A DNA stretch of 64,000 nt from Massalongia carnosa. Lineage: Eukaryota. The translations under genes and the position numbers were made by a program. Below are positions 1 through 11,006 of the stretch, piece after piece (the first letter of the stretch is position 1; the number at the start of each line of letters is the position of its first letter). The notes under the pieces are model-generated. The model worked only from the letters and a program-made list of their open reading frames with translations, searched no databases and had not been told where the DNA came from. The stretch is from the NCBI GenBank assembly GCA_965645245.1, contig OZ287071.1:682001-746000 (forward strand). Reading direction: 5' to 3'.

Positions 1-1563
1 CCGAGTTTCAAACCCTAAAAGATAATATGAAATTGGATTATCAAGTCTCGCTAACATATCGTGGTTAATGCGCCGAAGAATCAGGTACTTATCGTGGCTT
101 GACTAATGGTGATTCTATTGTTGCACCGAGATTGGCGAAGCAGTCCAACTTCTGCACATGTTTACGCTCCCTTGGGCTGTACCGCTTTCCCAGGGCCATG
201 TCCCTTATCTGGCCGTGACATCGTTCATCTTTATTATGTATAAAACAAGAGCCGCTGTACAAGCTTCTCCATTGTATCATTACTCACGCTATTTGAGAAC
301 TCTGTTCTTTCATCATGTACTCTTCTTCGGGTGACTCTTTTCCAGCTCATCAATATATTCATCCACTTAAGGCGCCGCAAAGGTGCTCGTCGAGGTTCTT
401 AACATCTATTAAAACCTTGGTACGGCGGCCATTTTTACCGAAGTTACTATTTCCAAGCCAGTTCCAGACAAACAAGAGAGGAGAAATAGGATCACCAATC
501 TCGCATATTATCGATCCAACACAACAGCCTCGACAATTCAAACTAAAAACTCGCTTGAAGCAGCCTTCCTGGCACCGTCGCCGCCGCAACGTTCCAGTCA
601 CCAGTATGGCTGACTATCTGACGCTGGCCCAGTTGGAGAACTTCTGGCATCAACAAGAATTCGATAGAGCAGATGTGATGATACCTCGAGCTATTCCAGA
701 ACAGACTTGTGGACCCTTGGCAAAGCAAAACCGAGGTTGGCAGTTCAATCAGCTCAGCAACATTCATCCGGCTCTTCGGTCAGGATATATTTCTACTCTC
801 GAGAGAGGGGACGAGTCGAGCACATGCTATCGTTGTTCAGAACTCGCGAGCCGGTGGATATGACCGATACTACCAAGGTTATAGAGAGTTCAACGTTGCA
901 CCACCTATATCTATTTAACGGATATGAATCAGCCGATTCAGTTTACTTCAACCTTCACCCGGACGAATGCTGGGTTGGAGTTGAGTCGGAGAGGTGGTAC
1001 ACGATAGTAGCTCAATCCGTATCCCGCGTCATCTCAATTACCCATCGCCTTCTTCGCAAGAGCAATGGATAGTCACACCTAGCAACAGCATATTAGATAT
1101 ACCGTCGAACCTAATCTTTTCTAAGCAATCCTTGTATTTCATCACCTATCCCAGTCAAGTCATGCACAGATAGGGAGCTTGGAAGGGGGACAAATGCCGT
1201 GGTTAGCGTTTTGAAAGGATCATAATACATCACAGAATGTCAGGCAAATCCAAATCCGCAGTAAACAGGATTGAGGATCTTACGTGAGGACTTAATTTAG
1301 GCTCCTAACCAGTTGTTCGAGTCTACGGGATAAAGGGTAACGATAGAAGGCCCATTTAGGCTAGCCTCATGTTTTACAGGTATACCATTTAGGGTTCGGC
1401 GGCATCAGTGAGGAGAATAAAGTTTCTTGGCCCTTGGCCAACATGAAAATTGGGCCGAGAGCACGATGACTGTGCAGGAAGACTGTGCAGTGGCTTCACC
1501 TGACACCAGTGCCTCAATGCAAGAACAAGGCACTAGACTTACAACACTCAAATAGGATATAGG

Positions 1564-2887
1564 CACGCGGGTGACAAAATAAATTGCAACGTGTAAGCGA
1601 ATTTACCCCCCCTTTTTTATTCAAATTTTCATCTCATCAACCATCATCTGCATAGCTGATAAAATTCATCTAAATTACATGAGATCAATAACCAGTCATC
1701 GCCCCCTTTGCATCTTTTACCTCTTTCAATCTTTTGGGCATGGATAATACCCTTTCATTGATAAATTCCTGACTGACTCGAGCCCATCCCTCCCTAATCA
1801 GCTGCTCCAAACTTGCATCGTCCCAATGAGGAAATTTACGAACATGCTGCTTTGCGGGCTGCCAGCAATTTTCAATGGAGGCTAGATCAGGAGATAAAGC
1901 ACAATTGAAATAGTGCTCTAAATCGTGATCTAACTTCCACTTTTTGACCGCGTTTCGTGTCTTGCCCGTGCCATGACCAGAGTCTCCATCTTCTTCAAGT
2001 ACGAAGTCATCTCCACGCTCCAACCAGGGCTTGACAACGGGATCAAGAATAGCGTCAATATACACCTGATGAGTCATTTTTCCATTGCTATTGCTGGGCA
2101 CATCGTAGAAGTAGATATCCGACTTGAAATTGTAACCAACTGCTGCCCAGCAGTGCTTTCTTTTACGATCTTTCTCAGGTGGTGCATCACGATGCTGAAT
2201 ACAATCCCAACGATATCTTGTTCCGGGCTTACGAATGATTCGTAACTGTCCTTCAGGCCCGTAGCCAAAATGAATCTCATCGCTGAATCGTACGCGATGC
2301 CCGTCTTCGGACCGAGGATATTTATTTAACATAACTGTAGCAAATTCTTCTCTTCTTTCTTCTGATGCCATTGCCAGCCACCCTTTGACACAGGCTAGAC
2401 ATTTGTGATAATTCGAGGCAGCTGTAAGAGTTCTCTTCATTGTACGTCCCATCACGTCGGCCCCAATCTCCTGTGCTAAAGCATCCCATGTGTAGCGTTT
2501 TCCTTCCAATTGTAGATCTTGATCCTGCAGAATGTGATCTGCCTCCTTCAGCTGATCATCACTAATATTTCGCTTTCGACCCCGAGTCTCAACGAGAGAA
2601 GAATTGTGACGTGTGCGAGAAGAAGCTCCGCTTTTGATGATGTTATAGCCCGCGCGCTCGGCCACGCCAAATTCCTGAAAAATGGCCCGTGGATCGAATG
2701 GAATTGCATGTGAGATGAGAAATTGATAAGCTCCTTGAACTTTGGCCTTTGTGGGAGTATCATAATGAGGCTTTTTGGGTCGAGACATTGATGATGAGAT
2801 AAAAAGTTGAAAAAAAGGAGGGTGTTTTGATGGGGCATTCAGGGGTAAATTCGCTTACACGTTGCAATTTATTTTGTCACCCGCGTG
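1564..2887 (-). mobile_element. Complete Tc1/mariner (IS630-Tc1-mariner superfamily) DNA transposon, 1324 bp
   Basis: Perfect 46-bp TIRs CACGCGGGTGACAAAATAAATTGCAACGTGTAAGCGAATTTACCCC at 1564-1609 and 2842-2887 (reverse complement). Imperfect inner inverted repeats at ~1604-1640 and ~2788-2824. Flanked by direct repeat ATAGG (1559-1563, 2888-2892). Encloses a DDE transposase ORF. Confidence 0.95.
1685..2788 (-). CDS. Tc1-like DDE transposase, 367 aa, uninterrupted
   Basis: Motifs VRFSDE, FVLEEDGDSGHG and SPDLASIENCW; basic N-terminal putative HTH region. Spacing from the second D to E counted by hand as 38 residues. Confidence 0.93.
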   Translation of the reverse strand: MSRPKKPHYDTPTKAKVQGAYQFLISHAIPFDPRAIFQEFGVAERAGYNIIKSGASSRTRHNSSLVETRGRKRNISDDQLKEADHILQDQDLQLEGKRYTWDALAQEIGADVMGRTMKRTLTAASNYHKCLACVKGWLAMASEERREEFATVMLNKYPRSEDGHRVRFSDEIHFGYGPEGQLRIIRKPGTRYRWDCIQHRDAPPEKDRKRKHCWAAVGYNFKSDIYFYDVPSNSNGKMTHQVYIDAILDPVVKPWLERGDDFVLEEDGDSGHGTGKTRNAVKKWKLDHDLEHYFNCALSPDLASIENCWQPAKQHVRKFPHWDDASLEQLIREGWARVSQEFINERVLSMPKRLKEVKDAKGAMTGY

Positions 2888-4385
2888 ATAGGGAAGACGT
2901 GATGTGCTTTTGCCTTCTTCAGTTAGAGCATGCAGCGTTATGAACCTAATATTATTTAATAGAAATCCAATCATTTAGGTTTTTTTATTCTAGGTATCAC
3001 CGGTTATAGGTAGGTATGTACATAGGTATCTATACTCCGTACCTTTCTAGAAGGTCGGATGTGAGAGTTTCTCCAGGTCCCGAGGGAGAAGCAAACTTCG
3101 GGTCTAGATAACTACTCTGTAGTGGCTTTCCAGAAGACTACTATAGTTACTTCGTATGGAGTACTCTGTACAGAGTACCATTACCACCTCTGTACTGGTC
3201 CAAAAGCTAGCCTCGTATTTTTCAACGGTAACTTAGCCTTGATTTGATCCATTGCGCCTCAAAAAGACCTCTGTATCTTCTCGAATTCCGTACTCGGTAT
3301 TGAGAGAACTCCCCTTGATCGGCGTCGATGTTCTTCGAGGACCCTGGATGGGAATGTGGAGCTCTTTCCTCCCTAATTGTTCTTGATATCTCGCTTTATA
3401 CGGTCAACCTGCTGTAAGGAATACTGTATTCGTGTCGCCCAGAAGTGATCGATATTTTGTTTGGGTTAGTGTACAGTGTACAGTGTACTCTGTACTCTGT
3501 GTAAAGAAACGGATTGAACTGGATAGTTCAGGTTAAACTTTCGTTTGTAGTTTTCCGCTGGAGAACGGATTCGCACAGGCTGGGCTTATCAAACAAGATC
3601 CCACGGCTTGGAACGTACTTTGCGATAAGTCTCCGCCAGAATACGAACAATCCTGCATCTTTTGGAAGCGTTGTTTGCTATCTTTGAGCGCACCGAGCGG
3701 GGATTTAAGCGCTCAACTCCTTGACATGCACCGCTGCAGATAATTGCCGTGCCGAGCTTGCGCGGGAAAGGTTGACAGGAGACGAAGTGTGTTCCTGATA
3801 TCCGACAGGACTCGTTTCACAAGACGCAAGAAGCCGGTTCGGGGAACCCCACCTGCCAGGCGTACGAGCATGTGCAGTATAAGCGGCTTTTGGTCAATGG
3901 TTCTTCGAGGGCGGCCATGCCGCCAAGACGCGCTTTCCGCTTTGCCGATAGGGGTTTGACTGAGCGAAAGCAGACCAACCTTGCAGATAAGTGGGTATCA
4001 ACCTATCCATATATCAAACTAGGCATATATGCTCAGCATTGGCTTTTCATGAAACTGAAACTTATTCGGAAAATCAGGCATGGTAACAAGGCAAATCGGT
4101 AAAATCAGAAGTTCGTATTTTGCCTTGGATCAATGATTCGATTGTTCTCATTCAACTAAAAAATGGTGCGACGCACGACTCGCCTGCTAGCCCATTGCGG
4201 CGCGGATGTGGAGCTGGAATATAGTCTACTACTTGCGGCAAATGGCTTCTGCCACTTCGACTTCGCTCACCATTATATAGTACTAGCCCGCTATCCCAAC
4301 CATCACGAGTATCACTCACGGCCTGACAGCCTGTTTCTCAAAGGGCTGATAAGTGAAGGTTACCTGGGATGATCGACAAGGCACG

Positions 4386-5708
4386 ATGGCAGCTTGCACA
4401 TGGACCCCTATTCGGGCATTGCTAGCACTTCTGTCATCCTGGATTTTGATGATTCCACCTGTACTGGCACTTCATGTCGTTCCAGGTTCTAATTGCACGG
4501 CCATATGCTCGCCCCAAATCATCTTCCCTAACACCACTATAGACGATATCACCTGTCAAGACAATGAATATAATCGGACCAATGCCGGTATGAGGTTTCA
4601 AGACTGCGTATCATGCGAGCTTCAAAGCGAGACCTTTGAGCATACCAGTGGACAAACAGACATAGGATGGGCCCTTTGTACGTAATTTGCAGCTTTAGTC
4701 GGACTCTTTGTGCGGGAGCTTGAGATTAATTGTGAGGTCGCAGTCAGCATAAGATATACCTTGAGCTGGTGTTTATTCGGCTTTCCAGGATCCGGTGCGG
4801 TTGATGCTGTATCTCCGTGCCACGAGTCCTGTAGCACGCTATCCAAGGGTCTGGAGAAAAATATTTTAAATTCCAGCGCTTCGACCTCTTACGATTACTG
4901 TGAGGATCTTAAATCGACAGCAGATGTGGACTCATGTGCTATTTGTTACTCACAAATCAAAAATCAAAAATATCTCTCCAACTGCAAGTCTACAGGTTTC
5001 ATCGTGCCTCGCAGATACTAATAATCTGCGACAGTTCTAAACTTGCTGATTTCAGCCTGTGAACGCAAGATCCTCCCCCCCATGTCCTTTCCGATCAAAT
5101 CCTCTCAGATCTTCACCACCCACCCACCAGCCAACTACTCCACCATCATGTCAAACCGTCCTACCGGACTCTCCGCTAAAAGCAAGCTTGCGCTTGGCAT
5201 TGCTATTCCAGCCACCCTTCTTCTACTACTCTCCCTCCTCCTTGCATATTGTTATCTTCGGCTGTACAAACGTATGGACCAGCACAAGCCAATGCAAGAG
5301 CCTAAGCCTTCCCTACAGGCCCACCAGCAAATCAACAAGATTGCAAAACTCAATCAACCTTGGAGCCATGATCCTACCGTCTACCACTCCACCCCTCGTC
5401 TGCAGCAAATATCCTACCCAGTTCCTTTACAGATCAATCGCCCTCACCTCACCACGCAGGCCATCACGCGCAAGTCGCTGGACACCAGGGCCACCAGCAC
5501 CACCGATGCGCTATCGCCTCGATCATCGCCTCCGCCGCGGGTGCCAGGGCATTATCGCTCGTCCATTCAGTCCGCCATGCGCCAGAACTGGAATAGCTAC
5601 GCTAGGACAAAGTCGAAAGTGTCGTTCAACACTAGCGGCAGGATGCCGACGAAGAAGAAGCGAACTGGGTGGAAGGACTCGGCTGGTTTGGAGGATCTGT
5701 TCGGATAG
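4386..5708 (+). CDS. Single-pass membrane protein with signal peptide and Cys-rich ectodomain (conserved fungal hypothetical), 3 exons
   Basis: ATG 4386. Hydrophobic leader ending ...VLALHV; Cys-rich region (CTAIC, CVSCEL, WCLFG, CHESC, CAICY); TM segment LALGIAIPATLLLLLSLLLAYCYL. Introns 4678-4743 (GT-AG) and 4984-5034 (GC-AG) join the three ORFs in frame. Confidence 0.75.
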
Positions 5709-6799
5709 GTATATTAATGGTTTACGATGGAAAGAATATACATGAGATATGACTGCGATCAGGTACCATCAGGTCTTATAATCTATACGTACGCATCGTC
5801 ACTAAGAGGTTAATTCTCAGCATTCCACCCCATCCATCCATCTGCTCCAACCACACCTACCGCTCATCCCCAAGCTAAAAGCTTAGTTAGGAAGGTGCCG
5901 ACCCAAGTCCCCAAACATTCAGATACAACCTTTCTATCTCGAAGTTCTCCAAGACCAGAGTTGCGAAGCTGAGAATACAAGCCAAACCCACTCAAACCAT
6001 AAGAAATCAGAAGGAAATACATCCTGGGGGGGGGGGTACGTGTTCTTTTGTGGAAGGTCTCGGAATTGGGAGAATAGGATTCTGGGGAAATGGATCTGGA
6101 TGGACCGGTCCGTGTAAGTATATGGATAGGAAAGGACAGGACTGATAAACTAACAGTGACGAATCGAATCATCCATTCAACCTATTTTATTATATCACTG
6201 CCCGGGTTTTGGGTCTCCTGCCTTTTAATAATGTTCGTTTGTTTTTTTCATTCATTCATTGGTTCATTCTTATTCTCATGCTCGTAAACATTCATACATC
6301 CATCAATCTATGCACTCCATATATACCACCACCACTAGCCTCCATACCTCCCCGAGCAAGTCCCCCATCCCAACCCAACCCACCCGCTCAACTCTCCCTT
6401 TCCCTCATCCTTCTCATTCCACCCTCCTCCCCCTCCCACTCCCAAAAAACCCCAAACCAACAAACCGAAAAACCGAAAACCTCAAGAAAAAAGAGAAGAA
6501 ACCCCAACTCCAGCTCTAAACGCAATACGTAATAACATACATACGTACATAACATATCGTCCATACTACAAATCATCCTTCCTCTCTACACACTCCCCGA
6601 ACCCCTAACCTCAACCCCCCCCAAAAAAAAGAAATAGAAAAAGAGGGGAAAAAAGAAAAATGCGAAAGGCGAAAAAAGAGAACCCGGTTCGCTTATCTAC
6701 TACTTAAAGCACAAGGTTGGGTGACATTGGTCCGTGCCCCCCTCCATAATTTCGAAATACAGTCACAAAACATCACAAAAACAGACATTTTCTTCATTT

Positions 6800-9006
6800 C
6801 TACCATTTGGTTGCGTTACCTTCTCTGTCTTTACATTGCTTTATACGAGAAGGCATTGTAGCCACCAGATTGTCAATTTCCTCCTGTTTTACCTCGTTCC
6901 ATTCGTGCTGAACGGCCTTCTTCATGTCATCCAGGGTGGTGATAGTCTTTTCATGACTTCCGATTCGTTGTTTGATTATCCTCCAAACATTCTCGATTAA
7001 GTTGAAATCTGGTGAGCATGGAGGCCATGCACCATCGTTGAACAATGGAATTCTGAATGAATCTTTCAGTTATGAAAGATTTCGCTTTCCAAACCCCAAA
7101 CCATGAGCTCGATTTCCATCCTCCTGAAAGAGAATTTCACCGAACTCTCGGGCATGAAGAGAATGCTCAGTGCGTTCATAAGGAGAAATATAATTACTTT
7201 CCTGAAAGTACGGAGAAACAACCGGTGGTAGCACCTGTTTTATATAGTCTTCTTTGGTCATCCTCCCTCTGGCTCCGGAAAGATTCTGCAAAAACATCAA
7301 TTTTGATTTATATCCCCATCCCACCATTCCCCATACTGAAAAAGACGTTCTACCACTCCGAAAACGAGTCTGAATGCAATCAAGACAGTACCGTTCACCT
7401 GTCTTGCGAAGATTTTGATCCTTCTTGTGTTTGCCCTTGTAAAACGTGCTCTCATCACTGAATCGAACTCGTTTCCAAGCATGCGTCCAGTTCTCGAACT
7501 TTATAGAGAAAGCGAGTCGAGTTTTTCGATTCTTTTCATTAATCAAAGGTTTCGGACATGCTGTGCATTTGCGATAGCCCAACTGAGCTAAACGTCGTGC
7601 AAGAGTTCGAGGATGAATTGATAAATTGTGACGTTTGCATAAATGAGCAAATGACAAACGTCTTCCGGGATATTTCTCCTTAAGCACCCAATTGAGCACC
7701 TTTTTGATTTCCGAATCGGAGACTTTTCGTGCTTTTCCAGTCCGTTCAGCACCTTTTCTCCTGACTGTGTGCCCAACATCGCGCTGTTTTCGCCATTTGC
7801 GGAGTGTCCCGATGCACCCCTGTGGCAGCATGAATTTTATGCAGTGACTGTCCTGCATCCATGCAACCGTAACACTGATTTTTGGTTGGTGTATCCCATT
7901 CTAAATCATGATAACCACCTCGTTTACGAGTACTTCGAGAACTGCGTGATGATAAATTCTTACACCGATATGTCACCGGCCGAATGCCGGCCCATGCGGG
8001 CGTGGTTCTATATGACTATTGTACATAGGAAAACCTTTAAGGAATAAAAACCTAGTAACCAGTATTATCGCCTGCGGGATCCCCATGACCCCTCAGTGTA
8101 ACTAATAACGTGTATCTGTGAGGTCCTTGAAAGAAAAAGGAAAAGAACGAAAGAAAAGGGGAAGAAGCCAAACACTTCAAATGCTGTGTCGACGGGAATT
8201 ATCCGTACAGCATGGTCGCTGCAAATGAAAACTGTTTTAGTATATCTGCCCGCATTAGCCATGCTGTCAGCTTTTTCAATTTTGCGGAATTTTCAATTAT
8301 CGTGCGATAATTGTTAGTTTTCACTTGATTAAATAATTCATTTCTTCCGTCTATCAGCTGACAGTCACATATGCACGCCGGTGAGTTTACATTGTGTACC
8401 CTTCGGTTGAAAAGAAAGTTGGCTAGCCCGATTTTCTCCGTGCGAATTTGCGTTGCTAGTGAACTCTCCGCTTTTGCCAAATTGCTATGAATTTTTAATC
8501 TCTTTTTATCAAGCGAAGCTTGTTGAGCCTCGGTGGGAGGTGGAATGCGATTTTGATAAGTCGCCCATGTTGACTTCCATATTTTCATATGATGCTCCAT
8601 GAGCCGCGTATGATGTGCCCGTTGGGCCGTTCGCGCTTCACTCAGCTCCTTGAGATATTCTGGACTGGCCTCGTACCACGGGGGCGCGGAAGGCGGTAAT
8701 CTGACGGCGGTCTCTCCATTTAACATTGCCTTGGCCCATGTGTGTTTCAATTCTCCGGGTGTTGGCGGCGGAGTTCTTCTTCGACCCGCTCTTTCCCGTA
8801 GCTTATTAGCTATTATCTTGCATGCGGAGTTAGCGAGTGCTTTTTGCCCCGTGATTCGTAGTCGATATCTGGCTTTAGCCTGCAGTTGATCCAGATACAC
8901 ATCTATTGGGGCTATGTGTGTTTCTGCCTCCAGCACCGGTATCGGGGTAGCCTTGAACGCTCCGGCGACTGTGCGTAGGCATCTGAGAACTGCGTGTAAT
9001 GGCTAT
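6800..9006 (-). pseudogene. Tc1-like transposase pseudogene
   Basis: Reconstructed (M)AITRSSRSTRKRGGYHDLEWDTPTK...VRFSDES...FQEDGNRAHG...WPPCSPDFNLIENVW. Lesions: probable start codon now ATA (9004-9006), LINE insertion 7949-8984, frameshift near 7805, in-frame TAA at 7070-7072. Confidence 0.9.
7949..8984 (-). mobile_element. 5'-truncated non-LTR retrotransposon (fungal Tad1-like LINE, 3' end of ORF2 plus 3' UTR)
   Basis: Reading frame CLRTVAGAFKATPIPVLEAETHIAPID...SSLATQIRTEKIGLANFLF...SPACICDC (stop at 8199) resembles the post-RT C-terminus of fungal LINE ORF2. 12-bp TSD GAGAACTGCGTG at 7937-7948 and 8985-8996. GC-rich hairpin and short ATCAT tail at the 3' end. Confidence 0.88.
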
Positions 9007-9593
9007 GTGATTAATGAATAATTAATGAAAACTGGTGGTGGAAGGGGCAGTTTTTCGAATTATAGGGGGGGCACGGACCAATGTCACCCAACCTTGTACC
9101 TTGGTGCTGCGTTTGTTGGTGACGAGATCCAGCCTCCTCTCTTTTTCCCGTTCCTGGCATATGTACATCAAAAGGCTCATGTTGGTGGTCTAGTTTAAAA
9201 ATAAACCTGACCTAAACCTAATCTACCAATGTATGCATATGTATACCTATCTACCTGCTCAATTCTGCAGGCAGGCAGGCAGGATGGACGTGTGTGCAAA
9301 GGGCGCGTCTCGGATCGGTATAGAAGGTTGATTTGATTACCTATGTACTCTATATTCTAGGTTGGCTGGTAAATAAATTAGGGAGAGGAATACATCCGTC
9401 CGTCCATGCTCTTGCTCACCGTGCTCGCTATCTATGCCTGGCTTCCTACTTGTAAAAATGCTCATGCCCGCTCTGTGCTTGCCTCCCGCATGTCCAAAGT
9501 CGCTGAGACAGAACCCCCCATGTCGGGAAAGAAAAGATTTGGAAATGCTATTCGACCCTCGTCGCCCGGCCAACGAAGGCGAACTGGCCAACT

Positions 9594-10676
9594 TCACGCC
9601 CATTTCCCCAGTAAGGCCATGATGCCCGCTCCCAGCAGAACGCACATGATCATAAACGTCAAGCGGGCGTTGTCGCGCGTGCGCACGGGATTGAACAGGA
9701 AGTCGCGCGCCAACAGCTCCACCAAGCCCGTGTACAGCAAAATACCCGCGGACATGGCGTCCAGCACGCCCGAGACGACGTTAGCGGTGAAGGAGCCAGG
9801 GTTGTAGGTTGTGCGCAGGCCGATGCCGATGGCGATGGCGATCGGAGTGGTGAGACCGTAGGTTAGACAGAGAAACCAGGGAAGCCAGCTGCCGACAGGA
9901 AACGGAATGGCCGACATGCGGGCGCCGATGCCTAGCCCCTCAAAGGCTTGATGGAAGACGATGACGGGGTAGAGGGTTTTAAACTCGGCGCCGACGGAAC
10001 CCAGGTTCAGGCCAATGATGACGGAGTGGAAGATGACACCGAACTCCAGGATGAGGAAAGCGGTTATTTGTTGCTTAAAGGACCGCTCGGCGGCTTGCGC
10101 GTCCTGCTCGGATGCGTCATCCTCATAACCTTCGCTGCTGAACTTCTTCTTGTAGGTCTCCTGCGCTTCGGCGTCGGTGTGAGCATGCGGGGAGTCGATC
10201 TCGCCGGTAACGGCTTCCTGCACGTCGGCGTCATTGTGGAAGCCGTACTTGACCTCCACGTAGCGCTCGGCGCCGAAGTCGAGCAAGAAGATGGCCATGA
10301 CAGACATGAGCACGATGGCCGGGCACCAGGAGTAATCGGCCCAGTGGCCCGTCATGCCTACGCACGTCTGGGGTCCGATTTCGGCATAGGCTGGGTCGAG
10401 CAGATGGATAAAGGCGGTGGCGATGATGACGCCGGCGCCAAAGTAGCGGGCGAAGAGGTACACATATAGTGGGATCTTGAGCCAGCGGACGCGTTTGGCG
10501 ATGACGGGGAAGAAGGTGACCGCGGTGGAGATGATCAGAATGACGAAAAGAGCCGATACGCGCGCTCCTAGGCGGCCATCATATTCATTTCCCGAAGCGC
10601 TGAGATAGCAGACGACTTGCGTCGGATCCGCTGTATCCAGATCCACGCTGCTTGCATTAAAGTCGGGGAGAGACAT
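9594..10676 (-). CDS. ZRT1: ZIP-family plasma-membrane zinc transporter (Zrt1/ZrfB-like), intronless, 360 aa
   Basis: FARYFGAGVIIATAFIHLL, ILEFGVIFHSVIIGL, FHQAFEGLGIG, GILLYTGLVELLARDF and terminal MALLGKWA. First ATG at 10676. Confidence 0.93.
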   Translation of the reverse strand: MSLPDFNASSVDLDTADPTQVVCYLSASGNEYDGRLGARVSALFVILIISTAVTFFPVIAKRVRWLKIPLYVYLFARYFGAGVIIATAFIHLLDPAYAEIGPQTCVGMTGHWADYSWCPAIVLMSVMAIFLLDFGAERYVEVKYGFHNDADVQEAVTGEIDSPHAHTDAEAQETYKKKFSSEGYEDDASEQDAQAAERSFKQQITAFLILEFGVIFHSVIIGLNLGSVGAEFKTLYPVIVFHQAFEGLGIGARMSAIPFPVGSWLPWFLCLTYGLTTPIAIAIGIGLRTTYNPGSFTANVVSGVLDAMSAGILLYTGLVELLARDFLFNPVRTRDNARLTFMIMCVLLGAGIMALLGKWA

Positions 10677-10794
10677 GACGGGGCTATGGGGTTGATCGAA
10701 TCGACTATAAGGAAACGAAGGCAGATCGGAAGACTGCAGGTCCACGAGAACAAGATGACGGACGAGATGCAGGTAGCAATAGGAATGTAAGGAA

Positions 10795-10850
10795 AAGGAG
10801 GAAGAGGAGGAAGAGGAGGAAGAGGAGGAAGAGGAGGAAGAGGAGGAAGA
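10795..10850. repeat. 9-bp purine tandem repeat (GAGGAAGAG) x ~6 upstream of the ZRT1 ATG
   Basis: Directly visible tandem array; pyrimidine-rich on the ZRT1 sense strand. Confidence 0.9.
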
Positions 10851-10910
10851 AAAAGAGCGAGGAGGTGAGAGAGAATGAAAGGTACGGCTTGGGGGCTGAC
10901 GGAGCGAAGG

Positions 10911-11006
10911 GGTGTACCCTAATAGGTGTACCCTAATGGGGTGGTTTTGTGGGAAGGGTGCTGTAGGCAAATGGGGTGCTTATTCACACATTGTGTACCC
11001 TGATGG
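10911..11006 (-). promoter_or_regulatory. Three copies of GTGTACCCTRATRG, candidate zinc-responsive (ZafA/Zap1-type) elements
   Basis: Copies at 10912-10925, 10926-10939 and 10993-11006, 235-330 bp upstream of the ZRT1 ATG. The reverse complement CYATYAGGGTACAC contains or approximates the CARGGT core described for Aspergillus ZafA. Confidence 0.55.

Larger units (their letters stand above)
6712..9096 (-). mobile_element. Second Tc1/mariner-like DNA transposon, inactivated, carrying a nested LINE fragment
   Basis: 31-bp perfect TIRs CAAGGTTGGGTGACATTGGTCCGTGCCCCCC at 6712-6742 and 9066-9096, with imperfect extension to ~45 bp. Flanking dinucleotides are CA (left) and TA (right). About 1337 bp once the LINE and one TSD copy are removed. 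Confidence 0.92.

Noticed and set aside
315..1072. Overlapping plus-strand ORFs of 182 and 121 aa
   Set aside because: No recognisable motif or convincing splice model; could be a small or decayed gene but cannot be supported.
6200..6680. ORFs in C-rich/A-rich low-complexity DNA
   Set aside because: Compositional artefacts of simple sequence.
9406..10469. Long antisense ORFs over ZRT1 (similar ones over SUR7/PalI, the RAD2 5' end and ABC NBD2)
   Set aside because: Expected shadow ORFs from high GC3 codon bias; no independent protein features.
10677..10970. 98-aa poly-Ser N-terminal extension of the ZRT1 ORF
   Set aside because: Starts at TTG and merely translates the upstream purine repeat; the first ATG at 10676 gives a normal-length ZIP protein.
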